From positions 2,878-66,877 of the forward strand of contig ADNK01002265.1 of the NCBI GenBank assembly GCA_000320545.1: 64,000 nucleotides of DNA, written 5' to 3'. The stretch comes from Bigelowiella natans CCMP2755. Its lineage: Eukaryota; Protista; Cercozoa. A program made the position numbers and the translations under genes. The notes under the pieces are model-generated. The model did not search any database. It worked only from the letters and a program-made list of their open reading frames with translations, and was not told the origin of the DNA. This document shows positions 26,401-39,985 of the stretch, piece after piece; position 1 is the stretch's first letter, and each line of letters starts with the position of its first letter.

Positions 26401-29400
26401 ACAAGAGCCAGTACAACCAAAATCGCACACGAAAATAACATCAACTTCTGCTGGAGGACTACCGGGACTATCATCATCTGCTTTTTCTTCTCTCGGTTCT
26501 CCTTGGGATATGTTGAATTCATTAAAAAATGAAGTAAATAACAGTCTGAATCTTGATAATAACCATGGTGGTACTATTATTGACAACAAAGAACTTGAAT
26601 TCCAACCAGAAAAGCTACAGGTTGTTGGTCATTGATTATTCATAGAATATGATGATTAGAGACAGCATCTTCATACGATGATTAGAGAAATTATGTCTGT
26701 TGCGGCACCCATCCTTCCATCCATCCTCTTCAACATTAGTAACTTTTCATTTGATTTTGTCTGATGATCTTGAAGATTGTTTCTAATGTAGATATGTTCT
26801 TCTATGTTAGGGCATGATGACAACAATGATGGATAAGCTACACAGCTTTGAACCAATGATGAAAATGGCGTCTAAACTCCTAGGGGGGGGGATAGGAGGA
26901 AGGAATGAAGATACAAATGCTACAGCAAGTACTTCACTACAACGTTCTTCTTCTCCTATCGTAAGTGAGCAACAAGATCATCCTAATAGTATGAAGAGTG
27001 CATTTGAGTCAATGATGGGAATGATTGGTAACTTATCGCCTCCTCGTCTGTTCCAATCAACACAATATGATGATGATGATGATGATGAGAAGGAGGAGGA
27101 GAAGGAGGAGATGGTACAGCAGGAAAAAGCCGAATACATAGAAGGGGGGTTGGGGAATAGGGATCATACTACTACTTTGGATGAGGTGCTCAATGATACA
27201 GAAGGTTATAAGTCACAACAGCAGCAGCAGCAGCAGCTCTATGGCCATCACCATGATCAAGAAGCACTTTATAGAGCGGATTTTCCTCCCCTTACAACAC
27301 TTGAGAAGAAAGAGACAGAGTTCCCACTTTTTGCAACCGAGAAAAAAGAAACAGTAGAGGAAACAAAGACTGAAGTATACAATGATTATGGAGACCTAGA
27401 GTACGAAGAAGATGTTGTGCGAGAAAAAACAGAATTCTTCAATGAGAATGGCGATAAGATATCCGAGCAGTATCATGAGAAGACTAAGAATAAGAATGAT
27501 GAGCAGGAGGCAGATAATCAGCAAAGAGATGCTGATGTTGATGTCAATGCCAAATACGAAGACTTTGACCAAGATAGTGCTGATCATGCCATCATTCCCA
27601 AAAAAATGGTGAGAAGAAGGGAAGAAGAGAGAAAAATGAATCGTATTGCATCATGATAGGAATGACACCATAAACGACCTGATGATCTACAAAATACATT
27701 TGAGCTTGTTTTTGGTCGGATGTTGTGGTATACATATCCATCCTCATGTGCCGCTTGTGTTACATAATTAGGAGGAGGAGGAGGAGCTGAAGAGTGCATA
27801 TTACGATGAAGATGGCGATTTACTGTACAATGAAGATGAATTATACCTGAGAAATAATGATGATAAAGATACTGGTGGTAGTGGTGCTATTGGTAAAGAT
27901 ACTGTTTATGAAGAACAATCACGTACAAGAGCAGCTTCTCCTCTTCACGACAATAACGTACTAAAGGTTACTACTACTACTAACAATAACTACGAATCTC
28001 CTTGGAGACATGACGACACTGCAGTTGCCAAAGAAATGAACAATGAGTTTGCTTATGAAGAACAAGAAGAAGAAGAAGAAGAAAAAGAAGAAGAAGAAGA
28101 GTCAGTACCAGCTAGAGAGGCAAAGGACAGTGCTTTGCGAGATGATGCAGATCAGCAGTTTGTGTTGGCACAAGCAGAAGGAGGATTTGCAGAGGAAGAA
28201 AGAGAGACACAACGACAGACCACCGTTGATTATTCATCTGCTGTAGTAGCACCAATGGAAGAAGAGAAAGATGATAAAACATCCACTAGGAAATACGAAC
28301 ACTCTCCGTTATCCACAAAACCTGTGGATGACGGCAAACCCATTCCTCGTCGTGATCGTCATCGTCCTGATGATCATAAACTTAGAAGTACTCAAAATGA
28401 CGACATTAGAGCTTTGATATCTGAAGCAAAATTTGTGCTCAAGGATATGGATGAGAAATACCACCATCTACAACTCACTACAACTTCATCATCACCCAAA
28501 TTATTGGCACCAGCAATAAAAGCACATGGTAGTATTACTACTACTATTCTCGTCATTAGATCATAATACTTGGTTTCACTTACTCCTTCTCTTGTATTTG
28601 TGCTAACGTTACAGTAGCAAATTTCATCTGAAGATTTAATTAAGAAAACGATGATTTTAAGTAGTGATTTATCTTCTGATTTAAGAGAACATAGTATTGT
28701 AGTGCTCGATATTATGTCCCCGATTGTTGTTTCTCCCTCCTCTACATAATAGCCTCTAATTACTACTACTACTAATACTACTACTACTGCTGCTGCTGCT
28801 ACCATGTTTATAATCTTCTTCCTCTTCTTCTTTTAGATCTTCAAACGGAAGAGAGACGCCCATTCCTCTCTTATAGTAGTAGTACTACTATTACTGGTGC
28901 TCCTGCTGGTAGTACCTCTATTAAGAAAAGAATGGCATCAAACACCAACATCTTGGGGAGATTAAACGACAACGACGATATGAGTGCTGCTATTGTTGCT
29001 GCCTCAAAGGATATAGGAAAGCTAGATTTGACGATGCAAAGAAAAGGGAAGGGAGAAGGGGAGGAAGATATCGACGAAGATCATGATGACGACCCCAGAG
29101 ATTTTGTAGATCCCCGCGACTACCAGCTACTCTCAAATTTATTAGGGAAAATAAAACAAAATCGTCAGATCTTAGAAAAACTTAGGGCAGAAACGCCTCT
29201 TCCAGGTAGCAATACTTCGTCGTAATTTGCAATTATGATATTATGGTTACATGACGTGATGGTGGAGGAGGAGGAGGAGGAGGAGGAGGAGGAGGAGGAA
29301 GAAGAAGAACTAGTAGAAAACGAAGACAAGGGAAACAGGATGTGTAGTATTATGATTTCTATGCTGCTGTCATTACGTCATCTGTAGGTGATACATATAA

Positions 29401-29409
29401 TGCACCGAT

Positions 29410-29441
<32 letters not shown>

Positions 29442-32201
29442 TATCATACAATAGGCGAAGTACAAAGCCTTCCAAAGTTACCAGAAACCTTTTCGGACTT
29501 GATGATGACTGCTTCTAGTCCCACAGGACGACAAGCACTACCGATCTTGCCTTCTCCTCCGCCTTTATCATCATCACTGGCAGCAGCTACCAGAGAACAA
29601 CAGCAACAACAACAACAACAACGTTTCTTGTCTAATCATCATCATCATCATCAGCAGCAGCAGCATCAACAGATGTTAAATTTTGCAGCGCAACAACAAC
29701 AACAACAACAACAACAGCTAATGGCAAGGAGCGGTGGTGATCCTTCTCCAAGTCATCAATATACTTCTTATTACAATCCCTACACCAACTCAATGCTGCT
29801 AACACCACCATCGTCCCCACCACCACCACCACCACAGTACCCCACACTACAACAACATCATCCTTCTCCCCAAGCAGCAGCAGCATCACCGTCATCGCCA
29901 TCATCGTTATATGGCTATAATAGCGAATACGCTACAGTAGGAGGCAATCCATCTTATTTTTACGCTCCTGTCTCCTCATCCCCTCCCCCCCCACCACCAC
30001 CACCACCGCCTTATTCTTTTCCAACTGGTACAGCAGCAACAGTTCCAACCTCGCCTTCACCTCCAATCAGCCAGTCAGATTATCACCACATAAAAATATA
30101 CTTATCCCTAATAGCGTTAGTTACTACCCAATTTCGTTTGAGGAAGAACAAAAATTCTGATACTTGTCTTGTATTGATCATCTGTGTGATTGATATCAAT
30201 GGTCGTCAACACAATCAGGTATTACTACGGTGTAGGAAGGGGGGGGGTAGGACGAGGAGATGGAGGAGGGTATCCTCACAACTATCATCCTGTCGTGGCT
30301 GGTAGATTAAGTAGCCAACAACTTCAAGCACAACACGCAGCAGCTCTACCACCTTATCTTAGTCATCATCCTTATTATAATCATCTACTACACTCCCAGC
30401 AGCAGCAACAACAACAACGAAGTAGAAGACAAAGTAACTATGATTATAACACAAATGATGATGCTGATGATGATGATGACAGCTTCTCCTCGCCTTCATC
30501 ATCATCATCATCACCGATGAGAGCACACCAGCAGCATGATAAGGCCGCTACTACTACATTCTCATCATCTAAAAGACGTTCATTAGCGCCAACAAACTAC
30601 GATCCCCCCCCCTCTCACCATATCCATAGCAGCCATTCTCCTCCTCCTTCATCATTGCAAACTCTAATCTCGATGTCACAGCCGCAGAGTAACAAAGATA
30701 CTACTACTGCTACTACTACTACGACTACTCTCCCTAATAGTAGTAGTAGCCGCTCTTATCTTAAACCTAGCACTGAGGACCGACAAAACCACAACACACA
30801 GCTCAAACATCATCAACAAAAACAGATGATGGGAATGACGAGAGAGGCAGTAGCAGCATCTGTATCACCATCGTATATTCCTCCATCATATAATGGTATA
30901 TCTAATGCTGCTGAGGGGGCTGCTACAGGTGATGCAGATGATGAAAAGGATGAGGATTACTTCAATGCAGCGGGAAATACCATCAATAGCGATGTTATTG
31001 ATCCTCCTCCTCGTAATGATTATGATAAAAGAGCGAGAAGACTTGGGAGAGTAAGGAGAAATTTTGATTCACCTTTAAGATCGAAACATCCTCCTCCTCC
31101 TCCTCCTCCTCCTCCTCCTCGTGGCTACAACGACGATGAAACAGATACTTCACGTACCACCGCAGCAGCCCACACGGTAAGTTATGTCTTATGAATATAT
31201 AAGTGTGCATTCGTATTTGGCTTCCTCTATTTATTGTTTGATTTCTGTTTGTTGTATGTGTGCTGGTGGTCTTCTGTGTTCTGTGTTTGTTGTCGTTATA
31301 ATACAACACAAGTTGGACAAGTATTTCCGTAAACAGCAGCAGCAATTATCTCGAAATCGACGGTTATTGCATTCTCCCGATCATCATGATAGAGCTGCTG
31401 GTGGTAGTAGTGGTAGTAGTAGAAGGGCGCCTATAATAGAGCAAGAAAAACATCAACGACAGCAACTCTCCTTGCAAGAAGAATCAGCAAAACATCAACA
31501 TATATATCAACAATACTACCAGCAGCAGCAACAACATCTTAGAAACCCCCACCAATCTTCGTCTCTAGGACAACATCTTACCCCTCCTCCTGGTGACAAC
31601 GCCATCACCAGTCATCGTAGAAGTCCAAGTAGCAGTATTGGTAGAAGGAAGAATAAGCACCAGGCTAGAAGTGTGGGGAATGAGTATCAACACCATCCAG
31701 CATACAACAACAACATCAATGCTCAGAGGCAAAAAGAAGAATATACTGCAGTAAAGCAGTACCAGCAACAACAGGCAGCAGCAGCAGCACAAGGAGGAGG
31801 AGGAGGAGGAGGAGGAAGAGGAGGAAGAGGAGGAGGAGGAGGAGGAAGGGCAATGGCGACGACGCTACCACAATATCAGCACAACACTGTCAACATGGCT
31901 ATGCACAATGGTAGTCAGAAGTATTGGAATTCTTATCTTTTTATGAAAGAATAAGACATGTAACTGGCATTCGTGGTGTTGTATCTGGGGTCGCATTAGT
32001 CGTATCATATCTTCATAAGAGATTATTAAAAGAATATGATATAGGTTTCAATACGGCAACACATTTTCATATTGCTTCTCTTTTTTGTTCCTTTCTCGTT
32101 TACTTTTAGGGAGGCGGATATTACCTTCAGGTGTTGATGGAAGCATCGATCCAATGAATCTGCTCACAGATTCTATTCCTCCATCACCAAGATCGGAGTA
32201 G
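9286..32201 (+). CDS. Giant multidomain protein (~42 exons, ~3,800 aa): hydrophobic leader, Tudor-like, ankyrin repeats, La motif, PDZ, 3x DPxDG motif, GNAT-like segment, long low-complexity tracts
   Basis: GT-AG exons can be joined in consistent phase from ATG 9286 to TAG 32199-32201. Exceptions are one apparent 1-nt A-run frameshift at 18311-18316 and an ambiguous join near 15382-15936. There is no intergenic-type sequence inside. An additional upstream exon is possible. Confidence 0.6.
11330..13297 (+). CDS. Ankyrin-repeat exons of the giant gene
   Basis: Spliced: MNWAAKRG-DIGSVEQCLRAGVPTDAKSTYHGTPLHLAAEG-GYVAIIRLLLSYGANPNALD-GTRSSPLHLAACY-GNTEAISLLVHSGAKIDSIEP-GWTPLHGATNNRHLAAVSRLVGLGASLELPTLRNESALEIA. 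Canonical TPLH/GA-N/D ankyrin motifs are present. Confidence 0.9.
12421..12670. repeat. Imperfect intronic minisatellite
   Basis: About 6 alternating units of atatta(t/c)tcac(t/a)gcagcaacaacaacaa. Confidence 0.8.
14767..14865 (+). repeat. 48-bp coding tandem duplication (DEGEDKR(S/T)WIQQQQHN x2)
   Basis: Two copies differing by one base. Confidence 0.9.
16626..17793 (+). CDS. La motif (La-type HTH RNA-binding domain) exons of the giant gene
   Basis: Three exons splice to LTKQLEFYFSAQNLYLDVYMLENMDAE-GWFPIRLLHNFQRVARFKANSKQ-LLEAISRSDDLVVTEDLKFIRR. This matches the La consensus QxE(Y/F)YFSxxNLxxDx(F/Y)L...GW(V)PI..(I)..F.R. Confidence 0.9.
18859..19417 (+). CDS. PDZ-domain exons of the giant gene
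   Basis: ITSLPFGLKFNEGTKVIREVRQGSHADKAGLRPGWVLHAVNDNEV...CPFSLTFR shows the PFG loop, G-S-x-A-x-x-A-G-L-x-x-G and AVN motifs of PDZ. Confidence 0.8.
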
Positions 32202-32599
32202 ATCAAATATCGTACATAGGTTTACGTACGAAAAAATACATGTAGTAATATATTCCTTGCAAGATTGCCTAAAGTATGGTTGTAAACAGACAACGGACAT
32301 ATCATATTTAAGTCATATTGATGCAATCTTTATTCAAACTTCCTCATCAATTACGAATCGATATTATCACATTTTACAATAACGTTTCTTGGATATCAAA
32401 TCACCCATGGTATTTGATTTTGCATTTTGCATATTCATGCCCATTGTGTTGTTGCATTCAATATTCTTTTACTATTGGCTTCAACACGGTGCAACAAATA
32501 CTTTGCCTATGAGTATTTTCGGTTGATCGATTAAATACGCGCTTGTCCAGCAGTCCAATAATAGACATACAATACACAATACCTTGTGCACTACTGCAA

Positions 32600-33880
32600 A
32601 CACATCTGATGATCGATGTGGCGCGCTTATATGTGCAAGGGCTTGCGCAATCTACACCTAGTCACACATGGAAGGCGTTACATTCGCTAGCTAGCTAGCA
32701 TGCGTGCTAGATTAAATTTAACATTGCAAATACAAATTAATTTTAGATTTGGCTAGATTTGTAGGGGCATTTCAAGGATGCCATCTAGCCGATGCTAATT
32801 TTTAGGGAAAATGAAAAAAAATAACAAAAGCAAGCATGTCAGCACATGTCAGACAAAGAAGATGCAGCAGCAATGAGAGGCACAAATGAATGCAAATGCG
32901 TTTGCAACGAAAAATGTAATGACCGACGAGCACTTAAATGTGCAATGATGATGTAGCGCAGACACAAGTCCGTCAAACCTGTAACGAATCGCCAGAATGT
33001 GCATTTGGAAGCTTTTGCGCGCGACCAAGCGCGTCATATGTGATGCAATGGACATTGGATTTGCTCGCATTTCTTTGAAATTTTTCGTGCACATCACATT
33101 TGGTCAAATGCACACGCAAAAGCATTCAAAATGTGGCAGAGAACAAACGCGCAGCGTGCATCCGCTACACAACGGGTGTCAATTTTCACACTTTGAGGCC
33201 TTGAAAATGGACATTTTGGTCAACATTTCGGTCATTTTTTGAGGTTTGGCCATCGGACAAGTTCTGATGACTTTTCTTTGACTAACTGCAACTGCCTGCT
33301 GCTTCAAAGCGCGTCGCAAAGCGCTGCACTGTTCACAACCCCGTCGTTACCGGGTTTGACGGACTTGTGGAACGTGCGCAGCAGCACATGCAACGATCTT
33401 GATGCGAAAGATCTCAAACACGTACTGGAACAGCTTCCACTTTCCACAACATCCTCTAGTCCTAGCTAGCTCAAGTAGCACGTGTGAGTGTGGTGAAAAG
33501 ATGCTGTCAAAATCATTCTAAGTTGACACCGATCAACACAGCATTTTGAAGAGGAACAAAATGCGCAAGTGCCACCAATGGTGCTGGAGCCTCAATGGCC
33601 ACATCTAGACATGTTCGTACATGATGCGCGTACGAACATGTCTTAGATGTGTAGTTGCATGAAAATGTTCCTTGCAACATGAGTAGTTTTACACACGTAC
33701 GTACATGTCCTCACCCACATCCAAATTGTGATGCATATGTTCTATTATTTGTCGCATACATGTTTCTTGATGTACATGTACTGGTTGTGACACACACACA
33801 CACACATGTTCGCATAAGTACACACATGTACGACTAGAAGCATATGTGTTCTGAAGCACACATGAACTATCCCACATATG
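32600..33880. other. TpA-depleted convergent intergenic tract
   Basis: Only 2 TpA outside CTA/TAG context in 33041-33610; (GCTA)n and CATG/TGCA-rich. Confidence 0.8.
33600..33651. repeat. Inverted repeat (21-bp arms, 9-nt loop, one bulge)
   Basis: cacatctagacatgttcgtac-atgatgcgc-gtacgaacatgtc(t)tagatgtg. Confidence 0.85.
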
Positions 33881-33934
33881 TCCTAACAGGGGTACACGAA
33901 TAGAGCCTTAATGGCTACATTTACCACTGCATTA

Positions 33935-34268
33935 TCACCATGTTGTCCCAGTGCTTTTGCCATTCTCATCAAATTCTGCCGCCGAACCTATACCCAACTC
34001 CCTTTCATCAAAAGGTGCTCTTAGTCTCCTCCTCCTTCTTCGAATTGATGATGAGGTTTTATTACGCCTTTGGTTCTGACTTAATTTATTGCCTCTACAA
34101 TCACGACTTCCAAGCTCTGGACCATGGCTTTTGTACGAAGGAAAATGGCGCTAATGATAATGAAAATGATAATGGTGATGATGATGATGATGATAATGAT
34201 GATGACGTGTTAATATTCTTGATAACTGCTACAAGCATAAACAAAAACTACACGCAACTGGAAGCGGA

Positions 34269-34310
<42 letters not shown>

Positions 34311-34640
34311 ACAGTACACACATTCTAGCATAGTCTGTTTCACCATGAATGTATCCTCAATGTTTTCAAGATCTTCCTTGAGTATCAAAGATTCTTGAGG
34401 TGATGGTTGACGAATTTGGTGGGAATTCCTCCTAACATTTCGAAGTTATAGTAGTCGGTATAACGGCACATAGAAAACATGGTGGACAGATAAATGTGAG
34501 TTAATTACTGGTGCTCACGCTCATCGGAATGATCGTTGTTACGGATATTCGTCGATAATATATCGTTTATGAATGCCCTTCTGTGAAAACAACAGAAAAT
34601 AATAAATTAATAACCATTGAATATTTATGTATCAGGTAGG

Positions 34641-34678
<38 letters not shown>

Positions 34679-36542
34679 TAACATATTGGGAAGATAGTTT
34701 ACAATTGTGATTCCTTTTTCTTTCTTAGTTCTTCCTCTGCGTAACGTCGTTTCAAAACCTCCCTGATTTAAATGAATTATAGCCTTATGTTATGAAAACA
34801 ACCAAATGCCTTCCAAACGTAATACACTACTACAAAACTAGAATAAGGAGGAGTCTTAATCTAATCTAATGGTGGCCATTTTAGTGCATGAATCGCAGGT
34901 TACTGAAGCGGTGAGAATGACAAACAATACTTGCAAAAATTATATTGAAAATGGATTTATTATGGGTTTGCTGCCGCTGCCTCAAGGACGGTTCTTGAAC
35001 GTACTCTAAGTCGTATCAGTAGTAAGGATTTACATTTCTCGAAATGCATCAGCGAGTGATATTTCTTCAACGATGCAAAAATCCAACAACTTTCCTAATA
35101 AAACCTAAAAAAAAAATAAGAGTACTACGATTAGCAACCATTCCCTTGAAACGGACTACTCGATGACGTAGATAACAATAATGATGATGATGTTCTTTAT
35201 AGCTCTTATTATTGTTGGTTGTTATTGTGTTATGATGATTGTCAAGTGGTAATTGAAGACGACCCATCATTGCATATAGTATGCATAAAAATTAGCACAT
35301 CAATATCAGATATAATACACCTCGTCCATAACCATAGAATGATAGCGTTGTCCTTATAAAAATAAATGCTATTAAACAATACAACGCGTAATCATTCAAA
35401 ACCATTAGAACCAAAGCTAGATAGAGAATGCATGCTATCCGCGGCACATTGTAGGCAAATCTCCCCCTCTCTTATAAATAGATATACTACGACGCACGTA
35501 CGCGGTCGTGGAGGCAGCATATAGTGGGTGCTTTGATGATGATGATGATGATGATGATCCAATCCCCATGATGATGGTGTCAACCACCACCAACTATTCT
35601 TCTTCTTTTTGCTCTCGTCCTTGTGATTCGTCGAGCTGCTGCCGGTGCTAATAGGATGGCGGTGTTTAGTCGCAACAGCTGCTGTGGTAAAGAATGCAGC
35701 AAATCCATCGAATAGTAGGTTTCTCCATGATGATGACGACTGTACTTTCTCTGTACTACTACTTTTACATCGATGGTTCTTTCCTGATATGTTGTGAAAC
35801 GATGCATATCATTGATCCCAAAGTTACGTATTGGAGAATAATAATATGTCCATATACTCAATGCATACAGTACCTATCTTCCTTAGAAAGTATTGCATCA
35901 TCACTACTGCTACTCCTCCTACTGCTTCTACCACCACATTGCATTTGTTATCGTAGCAACTCATCCAACCCCCCCCCCCCCCCGCCTTGCCTCTCCGTTG
36001 TCAGTACTTCCGTGCAGCTGTCTTAACTCTCTATACTCTGGAGCGTTTTTGTAGCAAAGTGGGCATTTGTCGAACCTAAGAATAAGGAATTACAACACAA
36101 GCAAAAGGAGGAGGAAGTGGTGGGGGGAAATGATCATGTTTTCAATCTGAATATAAAACTATATATTCAAAACAATGAGAGGCTTTATTATCATCATGAT
36201 CATCATCACCGTTACCAAGTACTACTACTAGTACTACTGCTACTACCTACCTACCTACCTACCTACCTACCTATAGAGATACTCTGCCACACATTCCACA
36301 CAAAATCGATGTCCACACCTCAACTTAACGCTCTGTTGTTCCATAGTATAAACAAGACATACATGCAGCATCATAGCGTGTTGTTCCATAGCATAAACAA
36401 GACATACATGCAGCATCATAGCGTGTTGTTCCATAGCATAAACAAGACATACATGCAGCATCATAGCGTGTCGTTACGGTTGTTGATGTTGTTGTTGCAG
36501 TGTCACTATTGATTAATCCTTTCCAACAATTCAAAAAAATAA

Positions 36543-36583
<41 letters not shown>

Positions 36584-36942
36584 TGATTGATTGCTTGTTG
36601 GTGCTACATGTTTCTCAAATCCCCTCCTCCTTCCTAAACAAGGAAGACGACTCTGTGTGCGAGGAGAATCGCCGAAGCAACAACAACAACTGTTTGCGTC
36701 CTCATCATATTCTACGAAGTCTTTTCGGTCAAGGGCCTAAAGTGCCATAAAATGAGTAGTAATAACACTGTGTGTGTGCTTGTGTATGTGCATGATATAG
36801 AGAAAGAGAGAGATAGAGATAGAGATAGAGAGAGAGAGAGAGGTTCTACTATATATCTTAAACGGCTGGATGAAAACGACTTACCTGAGTTCCATTTGGG
36901 AATACGTGAATATCGTAATCCTGCGTGCAAAGCGGACACTAG

Positions 36943-36975
<33 letters not shown>

Positions 36976-37054
36976 CGAAAATATAATAGTAATGATTTCA
37001 GTGACTTGACTATTGGCGTTTGGTGACAACAATCTCAATAGGGGTAAAGATAGC

Positions 37055-37085
<31 letters not shown>

Positions 37086-37153
37086 CGTATATTTAATTAC
37101 GTTACGCGGTGCTACTAGCTAGGAACCAGCAGAAAAGTGATGGATACAATCAG

Positions 37154-37191
<38 letters not shown>

Positions 37192-39947
37192 CGTTGATGA
37201 AAGTAGGTGCAAACGGATAAGAAATACCTCATAATTGTAAGGAATGGCTGCCACTGGTCGTGGAGAATTTTGAGGCCTCTTCTGATAAGAAACAATATCA
37301 ATATAAATATCGATAGCTTTTCCTCTCAATAGCCATTTGAATACTTTACACAACCAAATATTGGTATCGTAGTATTGGTAAAATCAATATTGTCCTCATC
37401 ATACATTTCGTAAGGATGATTGGTTAGCGAAGAAAGTAGTAGCAGCAACAACCCATGGCAGATGATGTTGGGGATATTGACGACTTCCTCTTCTCTTTGA
37501 ATCAAGGTATCTTTTCCACAACATTACATAATCAAACCACATACTAATCAGGGCATAATTCGCTTCCAAAAAATCATAAACAAAAACAAGCAAAAGAGCA
37601 AAGAATGATGTGGAGGAGGGGGAGAAGGAGAATGCAACAGTAGCAGTCTGTACAGGTGTAGGAACATGAAAACGATGACTGCCAATTCGTATTAAACAGA
37701 GACGGATTATGAAGAAGGAAAGAAGAGATTATGAGGATTATATACCATAAAAAATAAATAGACGTAATGATAACATATCAACAACAGTTTGATGTCTCAA
37801 CTACAACTATAATAGCAAATAGTATCAAAAACAAATAAGCCATAGTTTTGTATCTGTCACCGCTATAGCATTGAGAAAACTGTTCAATACCGCAATCGTG
37901 TTATAAACTAATTGAATAAATTCAGAAGAGGGAACGTTGGCGGTACTATATTCAGTACCTTTGTAATTGTTGCGAAGACTGTTGTATACGAGAGTGATAT
38001 TGATGCTGCTGAACAGCATATATTCCTCCACCGATCAATGCAACAGTCGCTACCAAAACAGTATTATAGAGGAAGATATTGAAGGAGGAGGATATACAAC
38101 AATAATACCAACAAGAAGGAGTCCTAGGATGATAATCATGATGATGACAGCAATACACATCATACATGCCCCATTTATATATTACAGCAGCGTATTAGAA
38201 ATAGAAAGGATATCAATCATACGCAAGTGGAGGTGACCTAACGTAAGGATTAGAAGATGATTCTTGGAGAATGAGAATAATCTTTTCTCCATTGACTGCT
38301 GATTATTTCCTCCTCCTGAGAGCTTGTTCTTAGGCACAATAAGAGAAGATGAAGAGGATGATGCGTGTAGTGCCTAAAACCATCATAATGCATGCATGAG
38401 TATAGCAACCGCAACAACATATATTTAGCTGAGCACAATGTCAAAGAAACATGATGCATCATAAAGATGTGTTGTCATCATCATACGATTAGATGAGTTA
38501 TTGGTGCAGTAGCGCACTGAATAGTGAATTAAATACCTACCAGACATATGCCGATGTTCATCACTAAAGCAAGTAAGGCGTTTTCGTATCTGTTTCAATG
38601 CACAACAAGCACGCATTTGATCGGTTGTCAATTAAGGAAGACTTGAGTTACAACTACTACTACTACAGTGAATGAATAGGGCAGTCTTCCATAACACCGC
38701 ACAACATCAATGCCCGTCAATCACAAAAGGTAAACAAAACAAGATTCTTACAGCGATTCCTTCAGTGTCGGCTTGATATCCTCAATTAACTTCGTTATGC
38801 GGTCTTTTATACAAACAACATCACCCAAATAAAATTAGAATTAAAAAGCAGCAAGCTGACAAGGATGTGACAATAAATTGATGAGAACGATGCAAAAATT
38901 ACATACAATCTGTGTAGTAAGAAGGAAGAATCTAATATATTATGATACTGCTACCGGAAAGAATGTGGGTAGCCTGTCCTCCAGAGGCAACTTGGATTTC
39001 TCTGTTGTCAATAAATAAGGTGTAGGAATAGTGTTGTTACTATACAGGCTCAGACACCCACCACTTTATTAACCAAAGCACTAGCTTTACCTATCAGCGA
39101 CTGAAAGAAGGATCAAAACCTATAATGACAGTTAGGAGATCTTTATTAGTTTTAATTCATATATCTTAGTCACAGCAGCAGCACCATCCTATCACCACCA
39201 TCTGTATGAGGTATTATCCCATCTCATCTGAATAGTACCAGAAGTCAGTGTGTTATTGCGATGCCGTGTGTAGTGATGGTCTAATTTTTTTATATATATT
39301 ATAGCCATGCTTACCCCATTTCCACAGCCTTCAGTTCCAAGACCCCAATTATCTTTTAGCACCGGCAGCAGGGTAGATGAAGAGACGCAGGGAGAGAGTT
39401 GGAATGCACAGAAAACATACTTTATCATTAAAAATACGGAATGATTTACATAGATGACGGACTTAAGTAATGATAACCATAGATGTCTATAGCCAGGTCT
39501 TCAGCATCAACTCTAATGACGTAATAATAACAAAGGGGCCATCATTAATATCAATGCTCTGAATATTCACAAATACTATATGAGCAAAGGGGGTGGGAAG
39601 GATGATCAACTTGCTTGTTATCATCTATTCGATGATCCAGACAACAACGTGTACGTATCATGAGCAGCGACTGCAGTGCACATCTTCTACTAGTAGTTGG
39701 TGATATGGAATACCGAGGAGATATAGATTCCATAATTGCAATCCCAACCTTGTTGATTGGAGAGGACAAATGATTCAGTTCTAAACACTTATTATGCTAA
39801 GAATCTGTACGTTTAATGTCTTGTCTCTTAATGGCAACATAAAGCTGTTCTCTTAAGTGATAGGAACTTACTTGGTAGCCATCGTCCACTTCAATAATCT
39901 CCCCGTTTCCACTTCATAACACCACACACACAAACACACACACACAC

Positions 39948-39985
<38 letters not shown>

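Noticed and set aside
32849-33469. ORFs within TpA-depleted tracts (also 55973-56314, 56398-56616)
   Set aside because: Loss of TAA and many TAG stops lengthens ORFs by chance, and no recognisable motifs are present.
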